In this document: positions 1 to 11,121 of the stretch, one piece after another
Layout: each line of letters begins with the position of its first letter
Numbering within the stretch: the first letter of the stretch is position 1
Virus record (IMG/VR): IMGVR_UViG_3300001528_000580
Span: 32,001 to 96,000 of that record
Origin: a virus
Taxonomy: Duplodnaviria > Caudoviricetes
Strand: one strand, 5' to 3'
Length of the DNA stretch: 64,000 nt
Made by a program: the position numbers and the translations under genes
The notes under the pieces: generated by a model
The model's database searches: none
The model's input: only the letters and a program-made list of their open reading frames with translations
What the model was told of the DNA's origin: nothing

Positions 1-163
1 TATGTATTAAATGAATATTTTAATAAGAAATTAGAAAATAATGAAACCGATTTTAATTTTTTTAAGAATGAAAATAAACATATATTACCAAATGATTTAG
101 TTGTGAAGATATTAAAAAAATCATTTGAACCATTATATTATAAATTATGGAAGGATGCTAATA

Positions 164-610
164 ATGGATAAATATAAAGCATATATAAAAGATTTTAATA
201 TTATAGTTAATGTTGAAAAAATTGATTTTAAAAATAAATTTATTACATGGTTTGATGGACAATATGATAGAAGTTATCCAAAACCAAATAAAATGTATGA
301 TATTACTAATTTTGATGATTGTATTATATTAAAATATTCTGGATTCTGTGATGATAGAGGAAATGAATTATATGAAGGTGATATTGTTAAATCATTTATA
401 TTACATCATGGAATAACTACAATAGATTTGTTAAATAAAGAATCAAAATATGTTGTTAAAATTGTTGATAATGATTTTATTTTGCAATCACTTGAAAATC
501 AAGAAGAATATTGTAAATTATCATCTTTAATATATAGAAAATCAAGAAGAGGAAATAAAGAAATAGTTTCTGTAATAAAAACAAAAAATATATATGAAAA
601 TTTAGATTAA
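164..610 (+). CDS. YopX family phage protein
   Basis: Motif YSGFCDDRGNELYEGDIV and C-terminal NIYEN typical of YopX; ATG 164 preferred over TTG 125 (AAGGA upstream). Confidence 0.75.
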   Translation: MDKYKAYIKDFNIIVNVEKIDFKNKFITWFDGQYDRSYPKPNKMYDITNFDDCIILKYSGFCDDRGNELYEGDIVKSFILHHGITTIDLLNKESKYVVKIVDNDFILQSLENQEEYCKLSSLIYRKSRRGNKEIVSVIKTKNIYENLD

Positions 611-619
611 GGATGTAAT

Positions 620-916
620 ATGAAAACTATACGAGATTACCATATGGCAATAGAAAAAAGGCAAGATTATCAAGAATGGTGTAAAAGAAATGGATATATT
701 TCTGTTGAAGAATTTTTAAATAGAGGATTAACTTGGGCAATATCAATGTATGATTATGATATTATCGCAGAAGATGCAATTGAAGAATTCGGCAATGACA
801 TTCCTAATATAGTTAGCGGATTAAAGAATTGGTTAAACTGTCAACATGGTAATGCTAGTTTACAAATAGCAAGGGTAATAGATTCTGTTAAAAAAATTCA
901 ATTTAATCAAAAATAA
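620..916 (+). CDS. hypothetical phage protein
   Basis: 98-aa ORF with AAGGA RBS. Confidence 0.6.
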   Translation: MKTIRDYHMAIEKRQDYQEWCKRNGYISVEEFLNRGLTWAISMYDYDIIAEDAIEEFGNDIPNIVSGLKNWLNCQHGNASLQIARVIDSVKKIQFNQK

Positions 917-955
917 TAATATTTTTATATTATCCTTTATTAAAAGGAATTTATA

Positions 956-1840
956 ATGAAAATAGAAGTAGGAAAATATTTTGCACCACAAAAACCATTT
1001 TTAATAACAAGTGAAATGTTGATTAAAAATGGTTTTTTATTCAAATCACCAGCATGTTATTCTGGAAAAATAATTAAAGTTTTACCAAGTAATGAAATTA
1101 TATATGAAATATTAGGAGAGTATCAAGATAGAATATACTATGATGATTTTAATGAAAAATATATTTATGCAGGTTTTACTAAATATAGATGTCCTTCTTT
1201 TCAAATAAAATATAAATTATTAAATGGAGAAAGTTATTTTGTTAGTAACGAATTAAAATATAATAAAATTTGGAATTTAATTAAATTTAATGGTTATAAT
1301 AAAATTAAAGCAATTAAAAAATTATTGTCTTTAATTGGAAAATTTAAATATGGTGTTGTTGATGTTGAAAATGATAATATTATTACCAATCTAAATGATG
1401 ATATTTTTAGTAATATATATAGTTGGTTAACACCAGATCAAGTATTAAAATATAGATGTGGAGTTTGTTGGGATACTTCTCATGTAAGTAAAATAATTTT
1501 AGAAAAATTAAATATAGAATGTCACGAAATATATTGCGAAATGGATATGAACCAAGATTATCCAACTCATACATTTGTAATAATTAAATTAGATAATAAA
1601 TTTCATATATTTGAAGTTTCTTGGAAAAGTTATATTTCTATTTCTGATGGATTTTATTCTATAAATGAATGCTGTTTTGAAATGTCTAAAAGAATGTATA
1701 ATCAATATCCAAAATCAAAAAATATATCTTTTTATGAAGAAATAAATTATCCTGAATATGGTTGTAGTTGTATTGAGTATATGGATTTTATTAAAAAAAA
1801 TAATCATTGCATATTAATTGATTCGTATATTACAAAATAA
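956..1840 (+). CDS. protein with C-terminal transglutaminase-like (papain-fold) domain
   Basis: LTPDQVL...GVCWD, PTHTF, FE pattern consistent with a Cys-His-acid triad. Confidence 0.55.
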   Translation: MKIEVGKYFAPQKPFLITSEMLIKNGFLFKSPACYSGKIIKVLPSNEIIYEILGEYQDRIYYDDFNEKYIYAGFTKYRCPSFQIKYKLLNGESYFVSNELKYNKIWNLIKFNGYNKIKAIKKLLSLIGKFKYGVVDVENDNIITNLNDDIFSNIYSWLTPDQVLKYRCGVCWDTSHVSKIILEKLNIECHEIYCEMDMNQDYPTHTFVIIKLDNKFHIFEVSWKSYISISDGFYSINECCFEMSKRMYNQYPKSKNISFYEEINYPEYGCSCIEYMDFIKKNNHCILIDSYITK

Positions 1841-1929
1841 ATTGTTAAAATTATTAATAATATTACATAACAATAACAAACAAAAAAGATAAACAAATAA
1901 AAAAGTCACTCAGTTTTGGAGAAAAATGT

Positions 1930-2415
1930 ATGCTATATAATAAATTGTTAAAATTATCTAAAATATTGCTTGCAGAACAAGCCGATGAAGAACAAAATGT
2001 TGCAATTATGATTGAATATTATGACAATTTTTATAATGCAATAAGAAAACATAATGAACATGAATTTAATGAAATGTTACAATATGTTGATGTTAAAGTA
2101 AATGAATATGCTTATAATTATTCTGATACAGTATTAAAAGAATATTTAAATAAAACATATAAAATATCACCAATAGCTTATGCTTTACAAGCAGATAATT
2201 TATATGCATTTACAAAATTGATAAAACTTGGTTCTGATATAAATGATGAAACACTCGGTTCTAGTTTGCTTGCTATTTGTGCAAAAGATAAAAACAAATC
2301 AATATTTGCAGAACAATTATTAAAAAATCATTGTAAGAAAAATGATGAATTAATTGCTATTGCAAAAATAAATCACAATCCTGATTTTGTAAAAATTTAT
2401 AGAAAATATCAATAA
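1930..2415 (+). CDS. ankyrin-repeat-like protein
   Basis: SPIAYA...KLIKLGSDIN...SSLLAIC ankyrin-like pattern. Confidence 0.45.
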   Translation: MLYNKLLKLSKILLAEQADEEQNVAIMIEYYDNFYNAIRKHNEHEFNEMLQYVDVKVNEYAYNYSDTVLKEYLNKTYKISPIAYALQADNLYAFTKLIKLGSDINDETLGSSLLAICAKDKNKSIFAEQLLKNHCKKNDELIAIAKINHNPDFVKIYRKYQ

Positions 2416-2478
2416 TTAGAGAATTTTTCTATATTTATCAAATTATGAATAATTTGATAAATAAAGGTTTTTCTAGTT

Positions 2479-3051
2479 ATGATAAAAATATATAATGCAA
2501 ATAATAAAGAATTTGTTTCTTCATATGGTACTTCATATAAATTAAATAACCTAACTGATTTAAATATAATATATAATGCTTTTCCATTATTATCTGCACC
2601 AACAGGTTTAACATCCGATACTTCTGATCCTAATTGGACTATAAGTGCAAATTCTTATTTAAATTCTAGTGATGATTGTAAGGCTTACAATGCTTTTAGT
2701 GGAGCAACAGAACTATATGAATATCCAACATGGCATTCAGCAAGTTCTACACAACCTAATTGGTTATGTTGGAAAAATAATAAACAAAAAGTTTTAGTTA
2801 AAAAATTATCAATATGTTGTAGAGGTTATGGAACACAACCATTTGCATCTTTTAAACTACAAGGTTCAAATGATGGATTAGATTGGAATGATTTATTAAA
2901 TGTAACAGGATTATCGTGGAGTAGTGGAGAATTTAAAACATGGACATTACCAGATAATAACAAAGGATTTTATTATCACCGTATTTATATTACTTCGAGT
3001 GAAAATTATACAACTATTTGTCAATTAAAAGCATGGAGTAAAATAGAATAA
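2479..3051 (+). CDS. discoidin (F5/8 type C) domain protein, probably virion-associated
   Basis: AYNAF, WHS, FKLQGSNDGLDW, YYHRIYIT motifs. Confidence 0.75.
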   Translation: MIKIYNANNKEFVSSYGTSYKLNNLTDLNIIYNAFPLLSAPTGLTSDTSDPNWTISANSYLNSSDDCKAYNAFSGATELYEYPTWHSASSTQPNWLCWKNNKQKVLVKKLSICCRGYGTQPFASFKLQGSNDGLDWNDLLNVTGLSWSSGEFKTWTLPDNNKGFYYHRIYITSSENYTTICQLKAWSKIE

Positions 3052-3140
3052 TTTTAAAAAATATATAATATTTATATTTATAAATATTTTTCTATATCTT
3101 TCAAAATATGAATATTTTGAAAGATAAGGAAATTTTAAAT

Positions 3141-3728
3141 ATGATTAAAATATATAATAAAGATCATTTAGTTTATGGATATACGCATGGATATGATAGT
3201 TTAAATAATTCTGATCTTATTTACAAAGAAATAGAATTAGTAACTCCTGACAATATGAGTGATTTTGAAAATGATTTATGGAAAATAACTACAACAGGTC
3301 AATATAGTGATCGTTATATGTGGAAAGCATTTGACAACGATAAATCAACATGGGCAGATTCAAGAGGAAGTACTTCACCAAGATTTTTTGGTTGGAATAG
3401 AAAAGATGGAAAGAAAAGTAAGATAACTTATTATGAAGTATATTCAATAGCAGTTGGTGCTACTGGTGATAATATGGGTGAGTGGAAATTACAAGGTAGT
3501 GACGATGAAACCAATTGGAAAGATGTCCATCATGTTGGTAATCCAAATGTTATAACTTCATGGGTTGATAATAAAAATACTGATGCTCCACCAATGACTT
3601 TTGAAGTAAATTCTAATGAGTATTTTTCAAATTATAGAATCATTTTTATAAGAAATGCTCAAGGTTCTACAAATACAGAATATTTACCATATATATGCGA
3701 ATTTAAAGCATATGGTAAATTTAAATAA
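3141..3728 (+). CDS. discoidin (F5/8 type C) domain protein
   Basis: WKAFD, WKLQGSDDETNWKDV, FSNYRII; start at MIKIYN shared with paralogs, AAGGA RBS. Confidence 0.75.
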   Translation: MIKIYNKDHLVYGYTHGYDSLNNSDLIYKEIELVTPDNMSDFENDLWKITTTGQYSDRYMWKAFDNDKSTWADSRGSTSPRFFGWNRKDGKKSKITYYEVYSIAVGATGDNMGEWKLQGSDDETNWKDVHHVGNPNVITSWVDNKNTDAPPMTFEVNSNEYFSNYRIIFIRNAQGSTNTEYLPYICEFKAYGKFK

Positions 3729-3775
3729 ATTTTAAATATTTTATATTTTATAAAGATAAAAGGATTTTATAAAAT

Positions 3776-5749
3776 ATGGAAATAGAAAGATTAAATAACT
3801 CTGATTTAAAATTTCTTGAATCAAGAATTAAATTAAAAGGAATGAAGTTAAAACGTTCTAATAAAATATTAATTTCATATAAATTATATAAATTATCAAA
3901 ATTGATTTATGCTGAATTAACACCATCACAAAAATCACTTGTGAAAAAATATGAAAGACAAAGAAATAAGTCGTTAAAATTTGGTGAATTTAATTTTAAT
4001 GGTTTAGGTAGAGCATATTTTAAAGTAAATTATACTGAAAAAGAATTAGAAATAGATCCAGAAATAAAAGAAGTATTAGATAAAGCTGGATTTTTCTGTC
4101 CCGACTATAAGGAAGGATATGTTTATAAAAATGGTGATACAGAGTTAAAAAGAAAATATGGCTTAATCTCTATTTTAGATAAAAATGTTAAAGATAAAGA
4201 TAGATTTAAGCAATTAAAAAAGTTATTTGATGGAAGATTGGGAACAGGCAGAAAAGAAGTAAGCAAAAAGTTATTGTTAGTTATATCTCATAATTCAGAA
4301 GATATTGGTGCAATGAGTACAGGAAGAGATTGGACTTCTTGTATGAATTTAAAGGATGGTATGTATAAAGATACTCCATTAAAGCAAGTAAAATATGGTG
4401 GAATGGTAGCATATTTAATTTTTGAAGATGATAAAAACATTGAACATCCAATAGCTAGAATAGCCATAAAAAGATTTATTAATGAATTAGATGAAAATGC
4501 ATATGTTTTTGCAGCAGAAAACAGAATATATGGAGAAATTGATACTGCTAAAAATGCAAATATGCAAGAACAATTAAAGAAATTATTAGAAAAATCAAAT
4601 AAAGTTACTGGAAAAAGTTCTGGTATTTATGTAAGAAAAGATGAGGATAGTTATTCTGATTCTAAAGTAAATGAAATTGTTAAATTAACTCCTAAAAATG
4701 TGAATGAAATTTTAATGAAGTTTAATGAAGGGCATATTGTTAATAAAATAACAAATCTTATTATTAGTAATGAGATTAAAGTAAAATATCTTAAAAAAGA
4801 TGTTTTTGAAAAATTTTTTAATAATATGAGTAGTTATTCACAATATATAGTAATAATGAACAATAAGATAAAAAGTAAAAAATATATTATACAAACAATA
4901 AAACACTTGTTGGCAGGTAGAGGGTTTAATGATTATCCATCAATGATATTGAATTTATTAATATATGGAAATATTAAAAATAAAAAATTATATATGGAAT
5001 TGTTTAATATTGCAAGTGGAAATACTGTAAAGCGTATAATATCAGAAAAAGATAATAATCCAGAATTATATAATTCATTTTTGAATTATATTTTAAAGAA
5101 CAAAGATGTTTATTTATTGGAAACGTTTATTGTAAGAGGATTAGTTTATTTAAATGAAGATTTGTTAAAATTATATCTTGAAGAAAGACCAAGAGCATTA
5201 ATAGAAATATTAGAAAATAAAGAAGATATTATTAAAAATAATAAAAATTATATAGATATAATAATAAATTATTTTAACAAAAATGATGATGGAGATAATT
5301 TTTTATATAAGTTTTTAGATTTGTTCAATGAATATATGACTGATGAACAAATTGATAAAATACTTAAAAATTTGGCAAATGGTTATTATCAAAATGTAAT
5401 GGTTAATTGCTATGAAAAATATCCAAAATTCAGAGATAATATTATTGAATATCTTTTTGAATCTAAAAAAATTGCAATGCTTTATACATTAATGGCAAAA
5501 CATGATGTTAAATTTACTGACGAACAATTCAAAGAAATGATTTATAATGGCATTAATAATGGTATAGAAAGCCATATTTTAGTAAGAATGATACGTGAAG
5601 GTATGATTACTGATAATACAATGAAAAGTGATATTATTGATTCTTTGATTAAAGAAAGAGAAGATTATTTCTTAAGAGAATTGTTAAAAAGAGGTACTAA
5701 TAAGGAAATGAAAGAAAAAATAAGAAAGTATTTAAGAACAAGAAGATAA
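3776..5749 (+). CDS. large hypothetical phage protein (possible internal virion protein)
   Basis: 657-aa ORF; MSTGRDWTSCM...GGMVAYL...PIARI segment followed by helical-repeat-like region. Confidence 0.5.
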   Translation: MEIERLNNSDLKFLESRIKLKGMKLKRSNKILISYKLYKLSKLIYAELTPSQKSLVKKYERQRNKSLKFGEFNFNGLGRAYFKVNYTEKELEIDPEIKEVLDKAGFFCPDYKEGYVYKNGDTELKRKYGLISILDKNVKDKDRFKQLKKLFDGRLGTGRKEVSKKLLLVISHNSEDIGAMSTGRDWTSCMNLKDGMYKDTPLKQVKYGGMVAYLIFEDDKNIEHPIARIAIKRFINELDENAYVFAAENRIYGEIDTAKNANMQEQLKKLLEKSNKVTGKSSGIYVRKDEDSYSDSKVNEIVKLTPKNVNEILMKFNEGHIVNKITNLIISNEIKVKYLKKDVFEKFFNNMSSYSQYIVIMNNKIKSKKYIIQTIKHLLAGRGFNDYPSMILNLLIYGNIKNKKLYMELFNIASGNTVKRIISEKDNNPELYNSFLNYILKNKDVYLLETFIVRGLVYLNEDLLKLYLEERPRALIEILENKEDIIKNNKNYIDIIINYFNKNDDGDNFLYKFLDLFNEYMTDEQIDKILKNLANGYYQNVMVNCYEKYPKFRDNIIEYLFESKKIAMLYTLMAKHDVKFTDEQFKEMIYNGINNGIESHILVRMIREGMITDNTMKSDIIDSLIKEREDYFLRELLKRGTNKEMKEKIRKYLRTRR

Positions 5750-5787
5750 AATATTAAAATATTTTATATAATCTCATAATCATTTAT

Positions 5788-6495
5788 GTGGTTATGAGAT
5801 TTTTTTTATATTCTTTAAGCTATAAAGATCATTTAGTCTATGGATATTGTAAAGGATATGATAGTTGTAGTGGAGCAGATATATTATATAGATTAATTCC
5901 AACAGAAGGATTAGTTCTTGATATACCATTAAAGGAAGATAAAAATATTGCAGAAACCGGACAAACTTTGACTAAAAATGGAACTATATTGTATCAAGTT
6001 GATTCTGGTATACCATGCGCTTATTTGGACACATCAAATTATATTACATTTGCAACAACAAATCTTCCAACAGGAAGTTCACCAAGAACAATAAGTTTAT
6101 GGACGAAAATACAAACATATGGGTATGTTTTTTCATATGGTGATTATAGTAGCACAAGGTTTTTCGGATTACAGTTTAGATCATCTGATATTGTTTATTT
6201 TACACAACATGGTGGTGGAGTATATGTTAATTCTACAAAAGATTTAACTTCATGGCATCATATTTGTATGACATTATCAGATAGTAATGCTTTGAATTGT
6301 GTTTTTTATGTTGATGGAGTGAAATATAATTTAAAATCAGTTGGTGGTGGAACAATTAATACAAATAGTACAACTGGTCATTTAATGGGAAGATCAGGCA
6401 ATCATGTTAAAGGATATTTATCATCAGTTAGATTATATAACAGAGTTTTATCAGAAGATGAAATTGTATTATTATCTAAAGAATTCAAGATTTAA
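5788..6495 (+). CDS. LamG/concanavalin-A-like lectin domain protein (5' end possibly truncated)
   Basis: RTISLW, WHHICMT, FYVDG, VRLYNRVLSEDEI motifs; lacks the MIKIYN start of its paralogs. Confidence 0.75.
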   Translation: MVMRFFLYSLSYKDHLVYGYCKGYDSCSGADILYRLIPTEGLVLDIPLKEDKNIAETGQTLTKNGTILYQVDSGIPCAYLDTSNYITFATTNLPTGSSPRTISLWTKIQTYGYVFSYGDYSSTRFFGLQFRSSDIVYFTQHGGGVYVNSTKDLTSWHHICMTLSDSNALNCVFYVDGVKYNLKSVGGGTINTNSTTGHLMGRSGNHVKGYLSSVRLYNRVLSEDEIVLLSKEFKI

Positions 6496-6575
6496 ATATT
6501 TTTTTATATTCTCTAAACTATTCATAGTTTAGAGATAATGTTTAAACTATTCTAAAATATAAGGATAGTTTAAAC

Positions 6576-7301
6576 ATGATAAGAATATATAATATTAACA
6601 ATAATAAATTTGTTTCTGATTATGGAACATCATATAAATTAAACAGTCTTAGTCAATCAGATATTTTATACAATAAAATACCTACAAGGGAGTTGATTTT
6701 TTATAATTCATTTTCTAATGATTCAGTTATTGCAGAAACAGGTCAACAATTGAATATTAGCAATAGTTCATATGTAACAAAAAATTTATTAATAGATAAT
6801 ATTCCTTGTTGGAAAATAAGGAAATATTGTTATATTGATATAACAGAAAGTAATATAAACTATGCACAACAACCAATTACTCTATCTGTATGGATTAATT
6901 TAATTGGGACAGATGCTTCTTGGGGCAGAATTATTTCGATAGGAAATTATAATCAGTATAAAGAGTTTGCAATTAGTTTATTTGGTAATAATGGCATTTA
7001 TTTTACAGCAGGTAATGGGGATAGTGGTAATTGGATTAGTGAATATCCAGTAACATCAAACAAGTGGTATCATGTATTAGGATATACAGATGGTAGTAAA
7101 GCATATTTATATATAAATGGTATTTATCATAATAGTGTGGATTTAACTGCTGATAATAATGTTGCACAAGAAAAAAGGATTAGAATATTAGGTAATTCTA
7201 GTAAAATTATACCAGATTGTTATATTTCATGTGTGAGAGTTTATAATAGAGTTTTAAATGAAAATGAAATCATTAATTTATCTAAAGAATTTGAAATATA
7301 A
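6576..7301 (+). CDS. LamG/concanavalin-A-like lectin domain protein
   Basis: TLSVWIN, KWYHV, LYING, VRVYNRVLNENEI motifs. Confidence 0.8.
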   Translation: MIRIYNINNNKFVSDYGTSYKLNSLSQSDILYNKIPTRELIFYNSFSNDSVIAETGQQLNISNSSYVTKNLLIDNIPCWKIRKYCYIDITESNINYAQQPITLSVWINLIGTDASWGRIISIGNYNQYKEFAISLFGNNGIYFTAGNGDSGNWISEYPVTSNKWYHVLGYTDGSKAYLYINGIYHNSVDLTADNNVAQEKRIRILGNSSKIIPDCYISCVRVYNRVLNENEIINLSKEFEI

Positions 7302-7320
7302 ATATTATTTGTAAAATAAC

Positions 7321-7348
7321 TTGAATTATAAATAATCTATGCTATATT
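7321..7348 (+). promoter_or_regulatory. sigma70-like promoter (representative of dozens in the window)
   Basis: TTGAAT-16 nt-TATATT with TG upstream of the -10; same geometry at 9636, 28080, 42813, 44957, 46024, 60116. Confidence 0.7.
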
Positions 7349-7377
7349 AATATTATTAACTTAAATGAGAGGTTATC

Positions 7378-8658
7378 ATGGATGAAATAAATGAGATGAA
7401 GCAATTGGCGAATAAACTCATTGAATTAAATCAACAGTATGATTCTTTTGATGATTATATTTTGAATTGTTTTGATTTTTATAAAAATTTTAGCAATGAA
7501 TCATGGAGAGATGAATTTGAAGATATTCATTCAATTGAATTTTTTGCAAATGGATTTATAAATATTAGATGTGGTCTAGATTTTAACGCTGGATTCGATG
7601 GAGAAAAAGATAGAAATAATTTGTCAGATGATATAAAAGATAATATAACTTCTTATTATGTACAAATGTTAAAGGCACTATTAAATTCTAAAGATTTAGA
7701 TAATATTTATTTATTACATAGAATCTGTGCGTTTAATGGTATACCTGGATTTTTTAAAAGTTCTGATGACAAGAAAAAAGCATTAGATGAAATAAATGAA
7801 TTGAATTCTGAAATTTTTTCTGATCCGGTTATGAAAGAAAAGGCAAAAAATTATAAAGTAAGAGATAGAAAAATTAAGGAGTAATTGATGTCAGAAAAAT
7901 ATTTAAAACAGGAAACAGTTGATAAATTATTGCAATTTTATAAAGATCATAATAGAGTAAGAAATAATTGCGTAGTTATTGATAAGTTAGATGATTATTT
8001 AAATTTACTAAATAATAATAAAGATAAAAAAATAAAATATACATATCCTGATGAAGAAAATGGATTTTCACTTATTTTAACAGAAAAATGTTCAAGTGTA
8101 ATAAATGATCCAGAAATGATATTTGTATTTAATTGCTTTTCATTACCATTTGAATTTATAAATGACAATGATATGTTAGAAGCATATCGTTCTATTATTA
8201 GAATAATTGATCATGAAATAAATAGATATAATTTATTATCAGATGACAAAATATTATATTATATAATATCTCAAGAAATTAATTGTGAATTAGATAATGT
8301 TAATCAATCATGTCATTTGTATAATTCATTATCAATGTTTTATTTTGATTGAGGATTATATATGGAAAAAGACGAATATTACGATGATATAATTGAAAAA
8401 TTTCAAGAAGAAACAATGTTTTATTCTTCTACTCATGCTGCTATGGCAACCGAATCAGCTAAAATATTATTAAAAATTGAACCAGAATATTTTTATAAAT
8501 TGTTTGAACATTTAGATAGTAATTGGTTTATTATTTTAATAATAAATGAAGTAATTCCAGATTTAAAAATAAATATTCCAAATGAAAAACTTGGTTGTAT
8601 TGATTATATTTTTGAACAATATAAAGAGTACGGTAAAGAACACGGCTATTTAAAATAA
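7378..8658 (+). CDS. three hypothetical proteins (7378-7884, 7885-8352, 8362-8658)
   Basis: Adjacent ORFs with RBS, followed by a hairpin/poly-T. Confidence 0.6.
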
Positions 8659-8761
8659 TTATTACATTATAATATATGATTATTGGTATACTTTCGTTAT
8701 AGAAGATATACCAATTTTTTTATATATTATTTAATTAATTAATATTATTTTGAGGTTAAAA

Positions 8762-9442
8762 ATGTCATTAGAAAGAAAATTAATTAAAATTGCAAAAATT
8801 ATAGTCGCAGATGCAGGAACAGATTTTAAAATAAGAAAAATATTATTTGAAACTTGGCGTAATTTATCAAACGATAATCAATATTTAGATGGAGAATATA
8901 ATAAGTTTTATCATTTTCATCATTTAGACCACGAAAAGAAAGAATATAATTATCAAAGGAGAACAAATGAAAATTTAAATCTTCTTGTTGTATATTGTTT
9001 ACATGATGCAGTTGCTTCTGGTACAACAAATTATACAGAAGATTTTATAGATTCTGTATATAGGAATCATAAATCAGAATTAAAACAAGATATTGAAAAA
9101 TATAAAAAGGATGTAGAGGGTTTAAGCCGTAGTGAACAAAATAAAGAAATAGAAAAAACAATCATGTATATTAAAGATGAATGTGAAAAAATAGAAAGAG
9201 ATTTAGAAAATGTTGCTGTTGTTCCAGAACCAGTTCATATGTTTTTAACATCAGATGAAAAAATAAAAAAGAAAAATTATTCTCTTGATGACATAAAAGA
9301 ATTGATAAAATTATTGGATAATGGAACAAGTGATAATGAAGAATTAAAAAAAGATGTTGATAACTTTTTGAAAAAGAGAATAGAAAATACAAAAAAGTTT
9401 ATGGATAAGGATAAAGATAAAAAAATAATAATGAAAATGTAA
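8762..9442 (+). CDS. hypothetical protein with shared N-terminal KLxKxxKxxxA(D/E) motif
   Basis: GAGG RBS before ATG 8762; N-terminus MSLERKLIKIAKIIVAD. Confidence 0.55.
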   Translation: MSLERKLIKIAKIIVADAGTDFKIRKILFETWRNLSNDNQYLDGEYNKFYHFHHLDHEKKEYNYQRRTNENLNLLVVYCLHDAVASGTTNYTEDFIDSVYRNHKSELKQDIEKYKKDVEGLSRSEQNKEIEKTIMYIKDECEKIERDLENVAVVPEPVHMFLTSDEKIKKKNYSLDDIKELIKLLDNGTSDNEELKKDVDNFLKKRIENTKKFMDKDKDKKIIMKM

Positions 9443-9703
9443 ATAAAGATGAAGAATTTAATAGTGGTGATCCTAAAGAATATTGTGATAAAATTAAAAA
9501 TTTTATAGATTTAATTCCAAGAAATAATTATAAAGAAATAATTAAAAAATTAGATGAAGTATTAGATGTTGAAATAGAATTAGTAAAAAGTAAATACGGA
9601 ATTCAACTTGATTAAAAGTAAATATGGAATTTAACTTGCTTTTTCACTAAGTTATGCTATATTATATATAAAATATTAAAATAACTTTTTCTAAGGAGAA
9701 AAT

Positions 9704-11121
9704 ATGACAAAAGAAGAACTACAAAATTCAGCAGATGAATGTATATCATGTGCTGATTGGGATGTTTCTGAACGTATCAAATCTAAACTTCTAAATACAA
9801 TGTCAAGAGAACGTTTAATTGATTATATGTTAAAAAATAATTATAATGTGCTTATGTGTCATCCTAAACATTTTAACTTAATTGAAAATTTAATTAAAAG
9901 AAACGAAAAAAGAGGATTTGTTACATTAGGTTTAATTACTTTATTTTATTTTGAACATAATATTTATGTATTGACAGCAAACCAAATATCAGAAGATAAT
10001 ATTTATTTTACAGAAAATTTTGTAAATGAAACTAAGGATAATTTTGTAAATAGTTATGTTGGTTGTAATTCTGGTGATTTAGAAGAGGATGATTTTATGC
10101 CTAGAGCATATACTAAAGAAGAAATGACAGATAGATTTATAAATCATTTAAAATCAATGATTGAATTTCAATTTTATAGTAAAAATAAAACAGAAAAAGA
10201 AAAACTTGAAGGAATTGTTTATTCTTTTTGTACACTTCTCGATGGTGTATCAAGCGGATTTCCATGTGTTGATTTAGTAATGCGTTCACATTCAAGTGAT
10301 AAAAATTATCATATTGAAAATGGAGAAAATTGGATTGAAGATGGTATGATTATTAATGATGATGTATATTTACATGATATAATTAAATTTAGAAAATGAA
10401 AAATTTTGATAAATATATACAAAGATATAAATTAGATAAAAATAAGTTAATTTATTTTATGCAAAGGGATAATTCTTTTTATGGTATGATTTGGGAACCA
10501 TTAGATTTAACTCTTTATGATAATATTTTTTGTAATATGTTCAAAAATAAAAAAGGATTTAATGGTGTATATTGCAAAATCGACAATAATGTAATAGAAG
10601 TGAATATTTGTTTTGATACAGAAGAACAAGCAAAAAATGCAATATAATGGAGTAAAATAAAAATGTATGATGATTTTGAAGAAGATATAAAAATAAAATG
10701 TGATAAATGTGGTGAAGAATTTATCAATAATGAAAGAAATGTTTTATTTCATAATTCAAAACATGTATTTGAAGATACAGTTACACCCAAATATCAAGTT
10801 GGTGATGTTTTAAAATATTATGACGGTTTATGTCAAATAACTAGTAGGTTTATTGGATTAAAGTTCTATGATAAAGAACCCAATGTTAATAATATGAAAT
10901 ACATATATAGTACTGATAAAGAAGATTATGTAGATGGTAGTGCTATATATGTTTCTGATTTAAATAAATTATACAAATCAGCAGTTCAATTAGAAAAAGA
11001 AAAAGAATCATTACTTAATGAAATTAAAAAATATAATTTAGATAACAAATTTGAATGTCAAATATTAATGGATAAAGAAGGTTATTCATATTATATTAAA
11101 TTAAAAGAAATAAAGAAATGA
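9704..11121 (+). CDS. three hypothetical proteins (9704-10399, 10396-10647, 10663-11121)
   Basis: Coupled ORFs downstream of promoter at 9636. Confidence 0.6.
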
